From an uncultured archaeon (lineage in GTDB: Archaea > Asgardarchaeota > Thorarchaeia > Thorarchaeales > Thorarchaeaceae), in NCBI GenBank assembly GCA_964558645.1, contig CAZLEV010000028.1, positions 1 through 21,385 on the forward strand: a stretch of DNA of 21,385 nucleotides, written 5' to 3'. Below are positions 1 through 8,203 of the stretch, in pieces. The translations under genes were made by a program, and so were the position numbers. Position 1 is the stretch's first letter, and each line of letters begins with the position of its first letter. The notes under the pieces were generated by a model. It saw only the letters and a list, made by a program, of their open reading frames with translations. It was not told the origin of the DNA and searched no databases.

Positions 1-2
1 CT

Positions 3-1448
3 CATGACTTCAAGGAGCGGTTCCCGAACATCTCAACCAACGAGTTGCAGGAGTGTCGTGAGACCGCCATAGGGATGTGGAAGGTGTATCTGGCTCTTGG
101 TCGGGGGAAACCTCTACAGGCCAAGGGATATGACTCCCGAAAACTTCCCAGACACATCTTCAAGCGACTGTTTGACTTCGTGTACACTCCTGAGAAGACC
201 ATCAAGCACTGGTTGATTCTCAGGGACTCTCTGGACTCGGTGCGAGAGGGACGGACACGTCATGACCGGCTGGCTGTACCGTTAAGCCCGTCATCGTATC
301 ATCTGAACCTGCTGGGTGAGGGTGAGAGGAAGTCGGTGCAGGTGGTGAAGGACAGACACCGAAAGTGGTGGGTACTGTTCAAGGTGAAGCTGGAGCCTGA
401 GAGCATCGAGATGGAGTCGAGGCCCCCTGCGGTTCTTGCCATCGATTTAGGTATCAAGAAGGCTGTGTGTTCGGTCTTGCTGACCCAGCGCGGGCTCAAG
501 CATGTCCGCTACTGGAGACAGGAGGACAAGGCCCGACAGATGGAGCGGTATGACTCTATGATTGGGAGCCTGCAGAGCAAGAAGGAGCGTCATCTCGCTG
601 TTGGGAAGCATGCGGATGGTGTTCTCACGAGGCTCAAGGAACTGGGCTCCAAGCGTATGAACCTGAGTCTGGACTATGACGGCAAGCTCACCCGCGAGCT
701 CTGCGAGCACATCGCGCGACTGGCCGAGTCCTACGACCTCTATGTCGGAATCGGACGGCTGAAGGGTATTAGGAACAGGGCAAGATGCGGCAACGGTCAG
801 GGAGCAGACTATCGACAGATGATACACAGATGGTCCTTTGCCAGGATCACCGAGTTTCTGCGACACAAGCTGAGCATGGTTGGCTTCAATCCAAAGCGGG
901 TTATCACCGTGTCAGAGGCTTGGACCAGCATCATGTGTTCGAGATGCGGAAAGAAGGGCCTTCGACCCAAGCAGAGCTACTTCCTCTGCCACACCTGCGG
1001 CTACCGCGCCAACGCGGACATGAACGCCGCTGTCAACATCGGACGGCGGCTCATCACGCTCATCCCTTCATTGAGAGATGAGAACGGACTAGGACAGTGG
1101 TTGCTCACTGAGGCAGCCACGCCGAAGACCCGGAGGAGCACCTGCTCTCAAGGGAGGTCCGATCCCCCCGAGAGGTTGCCAGCCTCGCTAGCAGGGGGGA
1201 CCGTGGCTGACTGCTATGACCAGACTTCTCTCGAGGAGTATGCGAGCAGTACCGACCCCGCCATGGAAAAGACCATGGAAAACCCGTCTGCCGCCGGGCC
1301 TTCTGGCAGGCACAGCACTGGAGTGCAGCGGGCTGAGGCTGAGTTCAGAGCGAGGGACCATGTCCCGATGACCTCTGACAAACGTCGTGACCACCCGGCA
1401 GGAGCGATCCTGCTGGTCGCTGGTGACAGCAGTCATGATGAGGGCTGA
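3..1448 (+). CDS. tnpB: RNA-guided endonuclease TnpB (IS200/IS605/IS607 OrfB), 5'-truncated by the window edge, with rearranged RuvC-II and a ~130-aa C-terminal tail
   Basis: The frame is open from position 3 (HDFKERFPNISTNELQECRE...). RuvC-I is VLAIDLG (Asp codon 444-446). The RuvC-II position reads YVGIGRL, with a Glu instead in VSEAWTS (915-917). Zn finger CSRC...CHTC. RuvC-III is NADMNAAVNI (Asp 1017-1019). Confidence 0.93.
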   Translation, partial: HDFKERFPNISTNELQECRETAIGMWKVYLALGRGKPLQAKGYDSRKLPRHIFKRLFDFVYTPEKTIKHWLILRDSLDSVREGRTRHDRLAVPLSPSSYHLNLLGEGERKSVQVVKDRHRKWWVLFKVKLEPESIEMESRPPAVLAIDLGIKKAVCSVLLTQRGLKHVRYWRQEDKARQMERYDSMIGSLQSKKERHLAVGKHADGVLTRLKELGSKRMNLSLDYDGKLTRELCEHIARLAESYDLYVGIGRLKGIRNRARCGNGQGADYRQMIHRWSFARITEFLRHKLSMVGFNPKRVITVSEAWTSIMCSRCGKKGLRPKQSYFLCHTCGYRANADMNAAVNIGRRLITLIPSLRDENGLGQWLLTEAATPKTRRSTCSQGRSDPPERLPASLAGGTVADCYDQTSLEEYASSTDPAMEKTMENPSAAGPSGRHSTGVQRAEAEFRARDHVPMTSDKRRDHPAGAILLVAGDSSHDEG

Positions 1449-1606
1449 ACATGGTGGTTGATGGTGATGGAGGTTCACTCACCCTCGGCAGCGTGGGACT
1501 AGGGATTGCCTGTCCTGTGCTGGCGACAACAGGTCCGACTAGGGATTCCGGTTCCTCGGGGTCCCCTGTCAACCGTGTCACAGGTCGGACCTTGTTACGA
1601 CTTCAA
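1140..1606 (+). ncRNA. Putative TnpB omega/reRNA scaffold and IS right end overlapping the tnpB tail; boundaries approximate
   Basis: Stems: TCAGAG/CTCTGA (1345-1378) enclosing GGGAC-CAT-GTCCC; GCAGGA-GCGA-TCCTGC GNRA hairpin (1398-1413); AACAGGTCCGAC pairing with GTCGGACCTTGTT (1528-1596); inner AGGGATTCCG/CGGGGTCCCCT hairpin. IS200/IS605-like end tetramers occur at TCAC 1578-1581 and TTCAA 1602-1606. TnpB RNAs are known to overlap the 3' CDS and right end. Confidence 0.6.
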
Positions 1607-1723
1607 GCCCATCTATCAGGTTTCGTCGCGGAGAGCACCGACAGATTTGCAGCAAAAATGGTGAAGGTGGATTTATTACAAATTGAAGAGATAGTAGAGT
1701 ATAATCACTAGTGAGGGTTCAGA

Positions 1724-2890
1724 TTGTCAGGGCGCAAGAAAAGACTTGAACTAATCGAGCAAATCCAAGATATCCGAAAATCGAAAGTCATAGTGTATTT
1801 CACAGGCCACGGAAAGGTATCACAGAGCATGATTGCAGAAGACGCAGTTCTTCCAATCTACCAACATCTACTCTCCTCAACGTCAGATGAGGAAGACACT
1901 CCCAACATTGACCTCTTCCTATTCACGCACGGTGGCGATGTCAGTGTCCCATGGAGGATTGTCACTATGATAAGAGAATTTTGTGGCCGATTCGCGGTTC
2001 TAATACCTTACAAAGCATACAGTGCCGGCACTATGATATCTCTTGGTGCTGATGAGGTAGTCATGGGGCGAAAAGCCGAACTGAGCCCCATCGATCCAAC
2101 GCTTGTACGCAGGACCGTATCCGAAGCAGAGATTCCTCCTAGACAGATAAGTGTCGAGGATGTGTCATCATATATCTCCTTCATGAGGGACAGGGCAGGA
2201 ATAACCGACCAGGCCGCCTTGGCTCAGGTAGTATCACAACTGGCGGCACATCTCACTCCATTGACCCTTGGCACGGTCAACAGGCAGTACTCTCACATTA
2301 GGCTCGTAGCCCGCAAACTGATTAGTTCTCGTAACGATCGGTTGGAGGAGGAGCGAATATCCTCTATAGTAGAAGCTCTGACGGAGAAGATGTATTCCCA
2401 CGGTCACGCGATAGGCAGAAGCGAAGCGAAGGATCTGGGTCTGCCTATTGACATTCCTGATTCTGAATTGGAACAAGCCATCTGGTCACTGTATCTAGAG
2501 TACGAGAAGGAATTGGAGCGGGGTCTATCCATTGACCCCGAAGAAATCTTGGAATCAGAAGACAAAGATGAAGCCCGACTCACAGATGTGCCTGTGGCTG
2601 CTATAGAGAGCGCAAAGAATCTTCATGTATATGAGATCAATGCCTTTATGAGAAGAAAGAGGCAGGTTCCCCCGAGTCCGCAGATAAACATCAACTTGCC
2701 CATCGGGCTCCCTCCAGGAATCGACCCTAACAAGATCCCCAAGAACCTGCAGAACATAATCCAAGAATTACTCAAGCAAATTGGCAACGAGATTCCTAGG
2801 TTAGTCCAAGAGGAACTGAAACGGCAGTCGCCTATCATAGGGATAGAAGGCCGTACATACGGTGGACAGTGGAAAGAAAAGACAAAATAG
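1724..2890 (+). CDS. ClpP/SppA-fold serine protease (SDH family, peptidase S49-like)
   Basis: Motifs DLFLFTHGGD, IPYKAYSAGTMISLGADEVVMG, LSPIDP and YSHGHAI. TTG start with GAGGG upstream. Confidence 0.88.
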   Translation: MSGRKKRLELIEQIQDIRKSKVIVYFTGHGKVSQSMIAEDAVLPIYQHLLSSTSDEEDTPNIDLFLFTHGGDVSVPWRIVTMIREFCGRFAVLIPYKAYSAGTMISLGADEVVMGRKAELSPIDPTLVRRTVSEAEIPPRQISVEDVSSYISFMRDRAGITDQAALAQVVSQLAAHLTPLTLGTVNRQYSHIRLVARKLISSRNDRLEEERISSIVEALTEKMYSHGHAIGRSEAKDLGLPIDIPDSELEQAIWSLYLEYEKELERGLSIDPEEILESEDKDEARLTDVPVAAIESAKNLHVYEINAFMRRKRQVPPSPQININLPIGLPPGIDPNKIPKNLQNIIQELLKQIGNEIPRLVQEELKRQSPIIGIEGRTYGGQWKEKTK

Positions 2891-2914
2891 GGATAGTGTG
2901 GAGATACATACAGA

Positions 2915-3121
2915 ATGTCGGTCAGAATCAACGTAGATTTGTATCCCTTTGGGGTCTTGACAATCAAGAGCCTAGAAACGGCAAGTCCTAAGAGTGAACC
3001 TCAGGCAGGCAGTAGCCGTGAAGTGGTCTACACATCTCCCCATCGCACATCCTCATTTGAATACGAACTCGTCTACACTACAGATGGCACTGTCTATAGC
3101 GTTCCGGCAACGACAGGCTGA
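2915..3121 (+). CDS. Small hypothetical protein (68 aa)
   Basis: ATG 24 nt after the protease stop, preceded by GGAG, on the same strand. Confidence 0.45.
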   Translation: MSVRINVDLYPFGVLTIKSLETASPKSEPQAGSSREVVYTSPHRTSSFEYELVYTTDGTVYSVPATTG

Positions 3122-3199
3122 AGTAAAGCCAACTTCTCTTAGCATTTCAATCAGAACTATCCTGTCCGACGAATAATCAGGCTCTTGCTAGGTTTCTAG

Positions 3200-4603
3200 T
3201 CAACCAGACGAACGCGAATCCATGCCGTCGTTTCCCTTCTCTCTCTCCAAGGTTTCCACCCTTTCTGCCAACTTCTCACTTTGGTCGCCAAGTTCTCTAA
3301 TCTGGAGGTTCTTCCTAGCAAGCTCTTCTTCAAGTCGGGCAATTCTTTTGTCACGGGCCCCATTCTGTTTCTTTTCTTGCAGTTCTTTCTGTGACTCTTT
3401 CTTCTCCTGCTTTGCTGAATCTCTCCTCTCTTTCCATATGCCTCCCACTTCAAGCGCGGAGAACATGAAAGCAAACACAGGGAGGGCCACGACGTAAAGC
3501 AGTACAATATTCCAGAGAAACAATGCTATTCCGACCCAGAAGGATAGGACTGCGGTTGCTATCCAAGGAAATCCCATGACTTTCCATCTTGCCTTCAAGA
3601 GTCGTAGAATCACATTCGCTATCGCAAGCAGGAAACCCAGCCACCACAACCAATCTATTACGTTGTTAGTTGCGTTTGTGACTGCAACACAAAAGATACC
3701 CAGAAATACCATCCACATATCGGCAAGATAGTCTGAATCTCCGATTGGCGACGTTGTTGGTGAAGAGGTTGATTCATCTGGAACATTGTTGACAGTTGTA
3801 TGCGCATAGTAATATTGTCCCGCTCTTCCGGTGTCACATACCCACACCGATATGATGCATTCCCCCTCTGGATACTTCGTTGAATCAAAAGCGAAGGATT
3901 TGGTTGCGGTCTTTCTTCCCGGCTGAAAGGAGTCTTCTTCTAATATCTCTCCTTGGATGCTGACTCTGTATTCAGATAGGTTGCAGTTTGATTCTGTGAA
4001 TGTAACCGTAAATGAACCTGTGCCGCTCACTTCCGAATTGAGATCTATGCTGACCTTGGGCGGCGTTAGATCTTGTCCGATGAAGAGAGTACCCGTCCTC
4101 TCGGGTAGAAATATGTCCGTAATACCCGAGAAAGAAACGAAAGCATACCACTTCTCCACATTCAACCCATTGTATCGGTGTGGGAGTATCACATTCCAGT
4201 CCATGCTGGTTGTCTGATTCCAAAACCGCGTCCTGAGAGTCTGACCCGTGTTCACAATCTCGTTGTATCCCACTTGGTCAGTGAAGAAGAAATCAATAGC
4301 CTTTCCTTCCTCATACACTTGGACATAGCCATAAAGACATATGTCATGTCCATTTGTTTCAAATGGCACCCAAACACACTCTGCAGTCATGTTCCAAGGG
4401 GTGCCTCCTTCATACAAACGAAAATCAACGTGAATCGGACTATCGTTCTCTCCGACGGTGTAGGGTCGTTGGAGCATTGTAACAGCTGATCCGAATGGAA
4501 ACCCGCCTATGACGATAACCAGAACGCCAAGGATGAGGTTTCCCATTAACGAAAACCTGTTTGTTCGGCTCTTGACAAAGGAGTTCTCTCGGCCTCTCTT
4601 CAT
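3200..4603 (-). CDS. Membrane-anchored surface protein: N-terminal signal/TM, beta-rich (Ig-like) extracellular region, Ser/Thr/Pro linker, about 4 TM helices, cytoplasmic coiled coil
   Basis: Hydrophobic LILGVLVIVIGG; linker ESTSSPTTSP; hydrophobic stretch MWMVFLGIF...FMFSAL; charged heptad tail. Start placed at ATG 4603 (GGTGGGAG upstream); ATG 4546 is an alternative. Confidence 0.75.
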   Translation of the reverse strand: MKRGRENSFVKSRTNRFSLMGNLILGVLVIVIGGFPFGSAVTMLQRPYTVGENDSPIHVDFRLYEGGTPWNMTAECVWVPFETNGHDICLYGYVQVYEEGKAIDFFFTDQVGYNEIVNTGQTLRTRFWNQTTSMDWNVILPHRYNGLNVEKWYAFVSFSGITDIFLPERTGTLFIGQDLTPPKVSIDLNSEVSGTGSFTVTFTESNCNLSEYRVSIQGEILEEDSFQPGRKTATKSFAFDSTKYPEGECIISVWVCDTGRAGQYYYAHTTVNNVPDESTSSPTTSPIGDSDYLADMWMVFLGIFCVAVTNATNNVIDWLWWLGFLLAIANVILRLLKARWKVMGFPWIATAVLSFWVGIALFLWNIVLLYVVALPVFAFMFSALEVGGIWKERRDSAKQEKKESQKELQEKKQNGARDKRIARLEEELARKNLQIRELGDQSEKLAERVETLEREKGNDGMDSRSSG

Positions 4604-4862
4604 GACGGCTCCCACCAACCATCTGCCATGATACACAGGAGTGGTATTCACCGTCCAGATTTGAAACAATCCTATTAAGCCAAGCGCTCGGTGGATTTGA
4701 GTTAAGACACATCAGGATTGCGGTATCCTGTTTGGGTTGACTTGTGCCAGATAGATGGTATCCGCCCCATCAACAGGGCCATCTTCCTATTTGGAGTGCC
4801 GAGCAGGACGAAAACCGTTAATTACTCCCTTGGCCTCAGCTCCTATCCGGAGCATTGGGGAA

Positions 4863-5090
4863 ATGGCACGACGAAAGAGTTCCAAGAACAAGAACAGCAA
4901 CTCACGCAGACTCGCTGAGTTCACCGACACCGGCCACAAGTTGACCCAGCAGGAGCTGGAGTCCCACCTCTGGGAGTCTGCGAACATCCTGCGGGGCAGC
5001 ATCGACTCCTCCGACTACAAGAACTACATCTTCGGTCTGCTGTTCCTCAAGCGACTGAGCGATGTGTTCGAGGACGGGGCGGAGCCATAG
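4863..5090 (+). pseudogene. hsdM: Truncated type I R-M methyltransferase subunit (HsdM N-terminal domain only)
   Basis: LTQQELESHLWESANILRGSIDSSDYKNYIFGLLFLKRLSDVF is the typical HsdM_N sequence. It stops after 75 aa with no SAM-binding or NPPY motifs, and no hsdS follows. Confidence 0.88.
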
Positions 5091-5198
5091 AGAATCTGAT
5101 TCTTTCTTAGTCTGGTACAAGTCTTCAGATTTGGCAATCTATCCCCCAAAGAAATATACCTCCAGAACTCGGTTTAGTCCTGTATTGAGGTCATCGGC

Positions 5199-7295
5199 GT
5201 GACAAATGAATTATTTCCTGAGAAACAAGATGTCCTAGGACGAGTGATTGAGCATCTTGAAGAAAGAGAAGCTGGTTACATCTGTGTACCAACAGGATGG
5301 GGCAAGACCTTCCTGACGAAGCACCTGATGAGATACTATCGCGATAATGGGAAGAATGCTGTCTTCTCCGTTTTCAGCAACAATGCTCTCTTGGAACAGA
5401 CCTTTGCAGATGATGAGATTGCTCCAGCAGACTTCATGATATATGGTGAAGCTCCTAAGCCCTCTATGTCAGAACTGGAAGACGCCTTGAATTCAGGGCA
5501 GGGAACAATCACTGGAGTCACAGTTGATACGATAACAAAATCTTGGAATCAGGACCTGAAGAAGACTCTCCTAGACTATGCAGACCTGTTGGTCGTGGAT
5601 GAGATTCACAACTATATCAACAACACCGGTAACACCTTCATAGAAGATGCACTGCAATCAGGAACTCACGTTTTCGGCATGACTGCCACACCTATGCAGG
5701 GTGTCGTCGGCCGTTTGAAGTTCGTAGAACAGATATCGCCAAAGATGAATGAGATCTGGAGTAAATCTCTTGCCGACTGCCTTTGTGACCGGGACCTCTC
5801 CGATATGGAATATTATGCGATACGTAGTCCTCTCCAAGCATCAGAGATCTATGGAGCAGATACGCTGGAAAAAGCTCTCCAGTCGGCCTCGGACCATATG
5901 TTGACCATCAAGGCAGATACATTGGATGAGATTGATAGACTTCTCAGGAGAACCCGATTAGCGGTCGATGCCTATAGGCAGATGATTCAGGGTGGAAAGA
6001 CGCTGGTGTTCTGTGCGAGAACACAGACCGAAGTGACCGGAGGCAATGAGGAGAGCATTCAGGCGTTCCACTCCAAGCTCACGGCCGCCCAGTTCAATGA
6101 TGAGGTAACAGGACGCCTCTCGCTAGACTATGAATTTGACAACTATCGAAGTGACGGGGGGCTCAAACGAGCTGCATTTCTATCCGGTGAGCTAAGTCCG
6201 GCCGAGAAGAAAGAGATCATCGACGGGTTCAAGGACTTGGATTCCAATCCTGAGATTCTCTGCACGGTTGAGATGTTGATTGAGGGATTTGATTTCCCCG
6301 AGTTGAAGCAACTGATTCTGCTCAGACCAACGCTGAGTCCCAGATTGTTCGTGCAGCAGATTGGCAGAGTGCTCAGGCCAAGACCCCCTGGCAAGAGCGC
6401 CAGAGTATTCGAAGTGTCTGACAGGACAGAAACCATGATGGACCATCTTGACACTAAGGATTACGAGCACCAAACATGGGTCTCGTCCCTCATGTTGGAT
6501 CCCGAGTCGCGACTTGAGATGGTTGTAGGCGAGAACGGTGACTATCGTGCATTCAAACAACATGTTTCACTCTTCGACTTAGTTCTTGATCATTCAGTAG
6601 AAGAGTGGAATGCCAGAGTCCGGCCTCTTCTTCCGATTTCAAAGAGAGCCAATCGTGTGGAGATGCTGCTTGCCTATATTCGGGGGATCAACAAGGGAGA
6701 AGACAGTATTTTGAAGGGGCGTGCTCGACTCTTCAAAGCATTGAGTGGTCTATCGGCACTATCCGTCGAAGATGTCCGGCACATTGCCAAAATCATGGAA
6801 CGGATTGAAGACGAACAGGTCCTTACTGAAACTCAGCAGGGCATAAACAAGAGAGCACAACGCCTCAAAATGGACACTCTAAAGGCCGCCAAATGGTTCG
6901 CAACTTGCCGAACCATCTACAGCATTGTACGCCCTGAGTCCTCACTAGACACAGAAGAGACCAAGGATGCCCTGCGTCTGCTGGGGTACTCGCAATCGGA
7001 CTCGGTCACAATCAGAGAACAGTGTTTCAAGAAGGGACGGAAGATGTCTGGCCTGTCCTCACTCAAAACGCGCGTTTCACGTGCCACGAAATTCGTTCGC
7101 AAAGACAGATGGTTTGGAGGAGCACACACACGTCCATCCTATAATCATGGTAGACTGAAGAAACAGCGTAAGACGCTTTGCGAAGATCTTCTCTGGCTGG
7201 AATGCTTCAGCGATATGGAGGATATGCGGGATATGCTTGAGAACAGTCTTGCAACCCTAAGAGAGAAGTCAATATCTTGCGGTCCCGGATGGTAA
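5199..7295 (+). CDS. Superfamily 2 DExH helicase/ATPase (ResIII-type N-terminal plus Helicase_C domains) with an unknown ~280-aa C-terminal region
   Basis: Walker A VPTGWGKT, Walker B LVVDEIH, motif III GMTATP, motif V LIEGFDFPEL, motif VI QQIGRVLR. Confidence 0.9.
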   Translation: MTNELFPEKQDVLGRVIEHLEEREAGYICVPTGWGKTFLTKHLMRYYRDNGKNAVFSVFSNNALLEQTFADDEIAPADFMIYGEAPKPSMSELEDALNSGQGTITGVTVDTITKSWNQDLKKTLLDYADLLVVDEIHNYINNTGNTFIEDALQSGTHVFGMTATPMQGVVGRLKFVEQISPKMNEIWSKSLADCLCDRDLSDMEYYAIRSPLQASEIYGADTLEKALQSASDHMLTIKADTLDEIDRLLRRTRLAVDAYRQMIQGGKTLVFCARTQTEVTGGNEESIQAFHSKLTAAQFNDEVTGRLSLDYEFDNYRSDGGLKRAAFLSGELSPAEKKEIIDGFKDLDSNPEILCTVEMLIEGFDFPELKQLILLRPTLSPRLFVQQIGRVLRPRPPGKSARVFEVSDRTETMMDHLDTKDYEHQTWVSSLMLDPESRLEMVVGENGDYRAFKQHVSLFDLVLDHSVEEWNARVRPLLPISKRANRVEMLLAYIRGINKGEDSILKGRARLFKALSGLSALSVEDVRHIAKIMERIEDEQVLTETQQGINKRAQRLKMDTLKAAKWFATCRTIYSIVRPESSLDTEETKDALRLLGYSQSDSVTIREQCFKKGRKMSGLSSLKTRVSRATKFVRKDRWFGGAHTRPSYNHGRLKKQRKTLCEDLLWLECFSDMEDMRDMLENSLATLREKSISCGPGW

Positions 7296-7334
7296 TTACC
7301 ACATCTGGAGGGAATACGTTGCGGATTAGTTTGG

Positions 7335-7803
7335 CCTGCAGGATGATGGTGACAGCGGGCAGGAAAGGGGTGGAACACAGAAGTGACTTGCAGTGGGGAT
7401 TTGCTCCTCCCTGTGATGAACTGGGCCGGACGTCCCTGCCTCTTGTGCGAGGAGCAGGGCTCCCCATTCGGGTGTCTGGATTCGGTTCTGTTCGGGGAGG
7501 GCAGAAGGAACAGATGTCTTGGATCGCACGAAGGGGTCTGTTCGCAGTGAGGGGATTGATCTCACTAAGAGAAACAGGTTGGCCCTAGTCTGACCCGTTG
7601 TAGGGTACTAGACCGGTTCTTCTCCTAGGTGTATCATCTCCCTGTGTACATCTGCAAAGGAAAGGTCGGCTTGGGGTCGCAGTAGATGCTTCTGAGTGTC
7701 GTGGGTTAGCACTTATTGCTCCATTGGTCTTCTTCTCTAGGGATTATGGTTCCGCACCACCGTCGAAAAGTCGGTTTGGCAGATTCCCTGTCAACCTTCT
7801 CAC
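7335..7803 (+). ncRNA. Candidate large structured RNA or non-autonomous element related to the TnpB 3' region
   Basis: Three collinear matches to 1409-1581 (31/43, 15/17 and 16/18 nt). A series of G-U-rich hairpins on the + strand. No convincing ORF. Confidence 0.55.
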
Positions 7804-8203
7804 TTGTTTGGTGTCACCTACCTTACTCCTTGATACCACATGGCGGACACTATTAGTCGCCAGACCTGTAAGAGCGACTTCCCCGACTAAAAGGGTGATT
7901 CTCATGGGATCTCTATAGAGAAGACACATCGTCAAAAGGTTGGAGACTACTTCGACCTCAAATACTACTGTCACATCTGTGCACCCCTTAACCTAACGAA
8001 TGCTATAGTGGTGTTACATCTTCAGTGCATAGCTGTGACATTTGACATTCAATCGGAGAAGAAAGAGGTCCATGGACAGTCGTTGAGCATCAAGCAACAA
8101 GAAAGATTAATACGGCGTGCTGAGAGATGCATCACGTAGGAGTTTGAGATTGCCACAGGACTTCTTTTGTGGCCAATCAAAGCTCATATGGGAGATATCA
8201 TTA

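Noticed and set aside
1497-1547. GACTAGGGATT direct repeat as a mini-CRISPR array
   Set aside because: Only two 11-nt copies and no cas genes; better explained as part of the TnpB RNA or IS end.
5199-7295. Calling the helicase hsdR or Cas3
   Set aside because: No N-terminal nuclease or HD domain, too short for HsdR, and no hsdS or cas genes present.
5067-7767. Imperfect inverted match (18/24) between the hsdM end (5067-5090) and 7744-7767; both translate ...GAEP*
   Set aside because: A match of this strength is expected by chance in a 21-kb all-versus-all comparison and it does not extend cleanly. Not called as terminal inverted repeats.
7207-7974. Short ORFs over the structured region (7277-7588, 7326-7565, 7724-7918, 7744-7974)
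   Set aside because: No motifs, mutually overlapping, and composition typical of shadow ORFs.
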